Below, piece after piece: positions 58,451-64,000 of a stretch of DNA of 64,000 nucleotides. Below the pieces are notes generated by a model, which saw nothing but the letters and a program-made list of their open reading frames with translations, was not told where the DNA came from and ran no database searches. Origin of the DNA: the human T2T-CHM13v2.0 reference genome, Homo sapiens. The position numbers were made by a program, and so were the translations under genes. The number at the start of each line of letters is the position of its first letter. Position 1 is the first letter of the stretch. The stretch lies in assembly GCF_009914755.1 (NCBI RefSeq), contig NC_060930.1. One strand, 5' to 3'.

Positions 58451-59614
58451 CTAGCATATCTTATTTATTTGTTTTTATTTATTTTTTAATATTTAGGCTC
58501 ATTTCATCTTCTCTGATAAAAAGTACTAACAATGGAATACTTTGGAAATTTCTAAAGCTTATTAGGATCTTCTTTAAATGGATAAGGCAATAGCCTCAAA
58601 AATGTAACAGATTTTATTAAAGTTTATATGGCTTGTAGATGCTAAATAGCAATTTAATTTACCTTTTATAACAGGTGTAGGTTATCTTAGAAGAAGCATT
58701 GTTACCACTGATTTCCAACTATACAGGCTACAATCCCTCATATACTTAGCTATTCAGATAGACTAGAATGTAAATAAATGTACTCAAATACTTTGAGAAA
58801 TCTTGAATGTGTGGGTTAATCTGCCTTCATTATATCTGCATGTAAAGATTACTTCTCATTGAGATTTCAAATTAACATAAAACTTTTGTATCCCTCAGGA
58901 ATTACTACTTTGACAAACTGCCTGTTTCTTCTCAGGCTTATTTTTTAATACACATAAATTTGAAAATTGAAATTAATACTACTCTTCATGTAATCTCACT
59001 CAGTTCCACAATCACATGGCTATTACCAAACACATACAACCAATTATCACCAATTAATGCCAACTGGCAATAAAGTTCAGAATCCAAATAATGCAGAAAA
59101 GAGAGAATTGTTAGGAGAATTTTTAAAATAACATTTTCCCTCTACATTTGTATGCATTTTTTTCCTAACTATAAAAATATTAACTTTATTGGTTAGGATC
59201 ATTAGTGCCTATTTAAGTAAAAGGTTTTGGTTAAAACAGTCAAATCACAGTTAAATACAGCAGGCTAAATAAAGTTAAATTAGAAATTTATACAAAGTCT
59301 ATATAGCACCCTTTATGTAATGATTACCAGATTTAAATATGTTATTAGGAGGAAAAATTTCAGATTGCAAGATGCTCCCTCCAGATTTTTTCCTCTACTC
59401 CCCCTATGCAAAAAAGTAAATAAACCACCAGGGAGTACCTACACTATAAAATTAAATCTGTAAATCTTTATGTTAGGTATCAATGTTCAACATAAAATCT
59501 ATTCAGAATCATACCTGAGTTAATACTTTTGCCACATATATTGCCTCAATACTAAGAATACTGCATACTGTTGGATTTTTAATTTAGCTAAAGTTTTATA
59601 AAGACAAAATATTT

Positions 59615-59765
59615 TAAACCTAGAAGGCATACTAGGGACCAACAGGTCCAAACCTCTCATACTGTGAATAAAGAAAATAGACACAAAATGTATTAAGTAA
59701 TTTCCCAAAGGTCACACATACAGTTATGGATAGAACCTAACTTCCTTACATTTAAGTCTATGTTA
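59615..59765 (-). mobile_element. MIR fragment
   Basis: ttaagtaatttcccaaaggtcacaca core. Confidence 0.55.
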
Positions 59766-60504
59766 TTTTTAACTTAATTGATTAATTAAAATTAAATTCA
59801 CAACACATTAAATCTTTTTTCTTTAGTAGTCAAGATAACAGTTTCCAAAAGTTTAAACACTATATATTTGAACTTTTAAGATTCAATATTGTTTGTGACA
59901 AATCAAGAATATATTTTACTTATTTTATTTAAGTCCTTATTTGATAAAATCTCTTGAAAGCTCAGTTGAGATATTTTACAGGTGGAAATTATGTTGGTAA
60001 TTGATTTCATTAATACTTTCAAATACTTATGTTTGGAGAATTATAGGGTATAGTCATGATAGGAAGAATGTGAATCTTTTAAAATGATTTGTTCAGATGG
60101 TCAACAGACTACATTTAGTTAGCTCTAACATGTAAGGCAAGCCTTGAGAAATAGGAAAATTATAGGTTTGTGCACCTCGGTCCTCTTTCTGATAGAGAAT
60201 GAACATAAAAATAATGTTACATATGGTTATTTCTGTGAATACAGTGATAGGCATAGTTTTTGAGATTGGTTATGATATTCAGAAATATTTATAATATTCA
60301 TCCATATCAAACTTTATAATACTAAGTGATAATATTGATACTGTGTTAATTAAGGCTGGCATAGAAATATTTCTCTGGCCATATTTAGGCTCTGACATCT
60401 TTAGGGAGCAATGAAAAGTAGATTTAATCAAGATGAACTTTTTAAAGATGGTATGATGAATTAAGAAAAAAAATCAATAACCCAAGTACCAAGGATATAT
60501 TGTT

Positions 60505-60897
60505 CAGATGGTCTCCAACTTACAATACGTCGATTTAGGATTTTTTTTTTAACTTTACCATGGCGTAAAAGCAATACACATTCAGTAAAAACCATACTTT
60601 GAGTACCCATACAACCACTTTGGTTTTTACTGTCAGTGGAATACTTAATAAATTACATGGGACTCAAAACTTATTTGTACATATACATCAAATTAAACAG
60701 TTTACTATAAAATAGGCTTTGTGTTAGATTATTTTGCCCAAATATAGGCTAATGTAAGTGCTCTGAGCACATTTAAGCTAGACTAGGCTAAGCTATAAAG
60801 TTCAGTAGGTTAGGTATATTAAATTCATTTTTGACTTATGATATTTTCCATTTACAGTGAGTTGATGAGGACATAATGATAAGTCAAGGAGCATCTG
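60505..60897 (-). mobile_element. MER47A (TcMar-Tigger)
   Basis: TIRs cagatggtctccaacttac / aagtcaaggagcatctg; internal gtacccatacaacc, ctaggctaagctat. Confidence 0.88.
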
Positions 60898-61114
60898 CAG
60901 TTGGAGAAATGTTATCCTGTATTTGAAAGAATAGAATGTATGCTTGGAAAATTGAAAAAGCTCACTACATTTTGAAAATCAAATGCAGCTTCAGTAATTA
61001 GTACAGAAAATGAGAGGCAAGTGCTTTTTGCTGAATTATTCATTTTTCCCTCATAAGTACACTGGTACTAAATATGCACTGGTACAACCAGTGAATAATT
61101 ATCTCACTAAAATT

Positions 61115-64000
61115 GAGACCAGCAATCCCGAGAGGACCCACAGACCCTCCTGCTCCTGCTCCTGCAGGACCCAGTAGACCTCCCCCACTGAAACTGTGAG
61201 TATCCCAACTGCGGAAGTGGAAAAGGGAGACCCTCCCCTCCCAAACACACACCCCCAGTGGAGACGCTGAAGGTCTGTTTGAGGGAGAAGTTTCCGACTT
61301 TACCAGGAGCTGAGTCAATTTAGAGAGCCAAGTGAAATACACAGGTAGGAGAAACAGCAGAAAGGCTCTGGGAGCTCGCTGGGTCCCCAAGCAGCCCATT
61401 CCTGCCTGGCACCACAGGGATCCAACCAGAGAAGAGCAGGGGGTAAAACTACACAGGAAGATGCAAATCTCTAGCTGAACTTTGTAACAATTTGAACCAA
61501 GTGAGAAGCCTCTGGGCTAGAACTCAGGGCAGGGTGCAAATCCAACCCTTTCCTTTCACAGCTGGGAGGTGGATAGCCTAGGGCAGGTTTCAAGCCCTTA
61601 TTGCTTGGAAACGGTCTGGGGCTGTTGTCAGGGACACTGAGGGAGACAGACCAGCCCTTTGGTTTGCATGGATGCTGGGTGAGGCCAGTGACTGCTGGCT
61701 TTCCCCCACTTCCCTGACAACCTGCATGACTCAGCAGAGGCAGCATTAGTCCTCCTAGGTACACACCTCCAGTGACGTGGGAATTTCAACCCCATGCCCC
61801 ACAGCAGCTGCAGCAAGACCTGCCCAAGGGGAGTCTGAGCTCAGACACTCCTAGCCCCACTCCCACCTGATGGTCCTTCCCTACCCACCCTGGTAGTAGA
61901 AGACAAAGGACATATAATCTTGGGAGTTCTAGGGCCCTGCCCACCACCGGCTCCTCACCATAATACCACAGCTGATGCTTTCTGGAAAGCGCCACCTCCT
62001 GGCAGGAGGTCAAATAGCACAAAAGTAGAACATTAAACCACCAAAGTTAAGAACCCTCAGAGTCCATTGCACCCCCCACCACCTCCACCCTCCACCACCT
62101 CCACTCAGTCATGGTATCCATGACTGAGAGACCTATAGATGGTTCACCAGAGCCAGGTAGATTCACTGGGTGGCTAGACCCAAAAGAGAGACAACAAGCA
62201 CTGCAGTTCAGCTCACAAGAAGCCATATCCATAGGGAAAGAGAGAGAGTACTACATAAAGAGAACACCCTGTGAGACAAAAGAATCTGAATAACAGCCTT
62301 CAGACCTAGACCTTCCCTCTGTCAGAGTCTACCCAAATGAGAAGGAACCAGAAAACCAACCCTGGTAATATGACAAAACAAGGCTCTTCAACACCCCCCA
62401 AAATATCACACTAGTTCACCAGCAATGAATCCAAACCAAGAAGAAATTCCTGATTTACCTGAAAAAGAATTCAGGAGGTTAGTTATTAAGCTAATCAGGG
62501 AGGGACCAAAGAAATAATTCAGGAGGACAGTTATTAAGCTAATTAGGTAGAGACCTTTCCAATGCAAGGAAATCCAAAAAATTATACAAGAAGTGAAGGG
62601 AGAAATAGTCAAGGAAATAGATAGCTTAAAGAAAAACAATCAAAAATTCAAGAAACTTTGGCCACACTTTTAGCAATGCAAAATGCTCTAGAAAGTCTCA
62701 GCAATAGAATTTAACAAGTAGAAGAAAAAATGCAGCGCTCAAAGACAAGGTCTTCAAATTAACCCAATTCAACAAAGACAAGGTAAAAATAATAAGAAAA
62801 TATGAACAAAGCCTCCAGGAAGTCTGGGATTATGTTAAACAATCCAACCTAAGAATATCAGTATTCCTCAGACAGAAGAGGATTCTAAAGCTTGGAAAAC
62901 ATATTTGGAAGAATAACCGAGGAAAACCTCCCCAGTCTTGCTATAGACCTAGACATCCAAATACAAGAAGCACAAAGAACACCCTGGAAATTCATCACAA
63001 GAAGATCTTTGCCTAGGCACGTTGTCATCAGGTTATCCGAAGTTAAAATGAAGGAAAGAATCTTAAAAGCTGTGAGACAGAAGCACCAGGTAACCTATAA
63101 AGGAAAACCTATCAGATTAACAGCAGATTTCTCAACAGAAACCTTACAAGCTAGAAGAGATTGGGGCCCTATCTTTAGCCTCCTCAAACAAAACACTTAT
63201 CAACCAAGAATTTTGTATTCAGCAAAACTAAGCATTATATATGAAGGAAAGATATAGTCTTTTACAGACAAACAAATGCTGAGAGAATTAGCCATTACCA
63301 AGCCACCACTAGAAGAACTGCTAAGAGGAGCTTTAAATCTAGAAATAGATCCTGTAAACACATCAAAACAGAACCTCTTTAAAGCATAAATCACATAGGA
63401 CATATAAAACAAAAATACAAACAAAAAACAAAAGCCCAAACAAAAAACAAAACAAAACAAAAATAAAGTACACAGGCAACAAAGAGCACCATGAATGGAA
63501 TGGTACCTCACATTTCACTATGAACATTGAATGTAAATGGCCTAAATGCTCCATTTAAAAGATACAGATCCACAGAATGGATAAGACTTCACCAACCAAT
63601 TATCTGCTGCCTTCAGGAGACTTGCCTAGCACATAAGGACTCACATAAACTTAAAATAAAGGGGAGGAAAAAAGCATTTCATGCATATGTACACTAAAAT
63701 GATTAGGGGTACCTATTCTTATGTCAGACAAAACAAACTTTAAAGCAACAGCAGTTAAAAGAGACAAAGAGGGACGTTATAATGATAAAAGGCCTTGTCC
63801 AACAGGAAAATATCAGAGTTCTAAACATATATGCACCTCACAGTGGAGCTCCTAAGTGAAACGATTACTAATAGACCTAAGAAATGAGATAGACGGCAAT
63901 ACAATAATAGTGGGGGACTTTGATACTCCACTGACAGCACTAGACAGGTCATCAAAACAGAAAGTCAACAAAGAACAATGGATTTAAACTATACTTTGGA
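61115..64000 (+). mobile_element. L1PB (L1PBa-type 5'UTR, disrupted ORF1 from ~62337, ORF2 endonuclease start ~63491); continues past the window
   Basis: GC-richer 5'UTR; ORF 62892-63257 (QIQEAQRTP...VTYKGKPIRLTADFS) is ORF1p; ttgaatgtaaatggcctaaatgctcc (LNVNGLNAP) is the ORF2 start. Confidence 0.93.

Noticed and set aside
60089-60513. Direct 14-mer repeat ttgttcagatggtc at ~60089 and ~60500
   Set aside because: Single short match with no extension; the second copy overlaps the MER47A terminus; likely chance.

Overview
AT-rich, CpG-depleted primate (human-like) genomic DNA dominated by interspersed repeats: L1PA/L1PB/L1M/HAL1 LINEs, AluJ/S/Y, solo LTRs (LTR10C, MLT2A, LTR22, LTR40, MST/MLT1), an ERVL internal remnant, DNA transposons (MER1A, MER20, MER58, MER47A, Tigger3) and ancient L2/CR1/MIR pieces. 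It looks like a large intron or gene desert. I found no intact protein-coding gene, RNA gene or processed pseudogene; the longer ORFs in the track are decayed L1 fragments or repeat-derived. The most notable unexplained structure is a ~420-bp inverted duplication (45463-45878 / 46646-47075, about 93% identical by hand alignment, ~770-bp spacer) with short fold-back repeats at both outer junctions. Also notable are three 5'-inverted (twin-primed) L1PA insertions, two of which break at nearly the same L1 position, a 75-nt candidate exon with strong splice sites, and a deeply nested LTR pile. Subfamily names come from recalled consensus motifs, not a RepeatMasker run. I see no convincing evidence of a new biological system.
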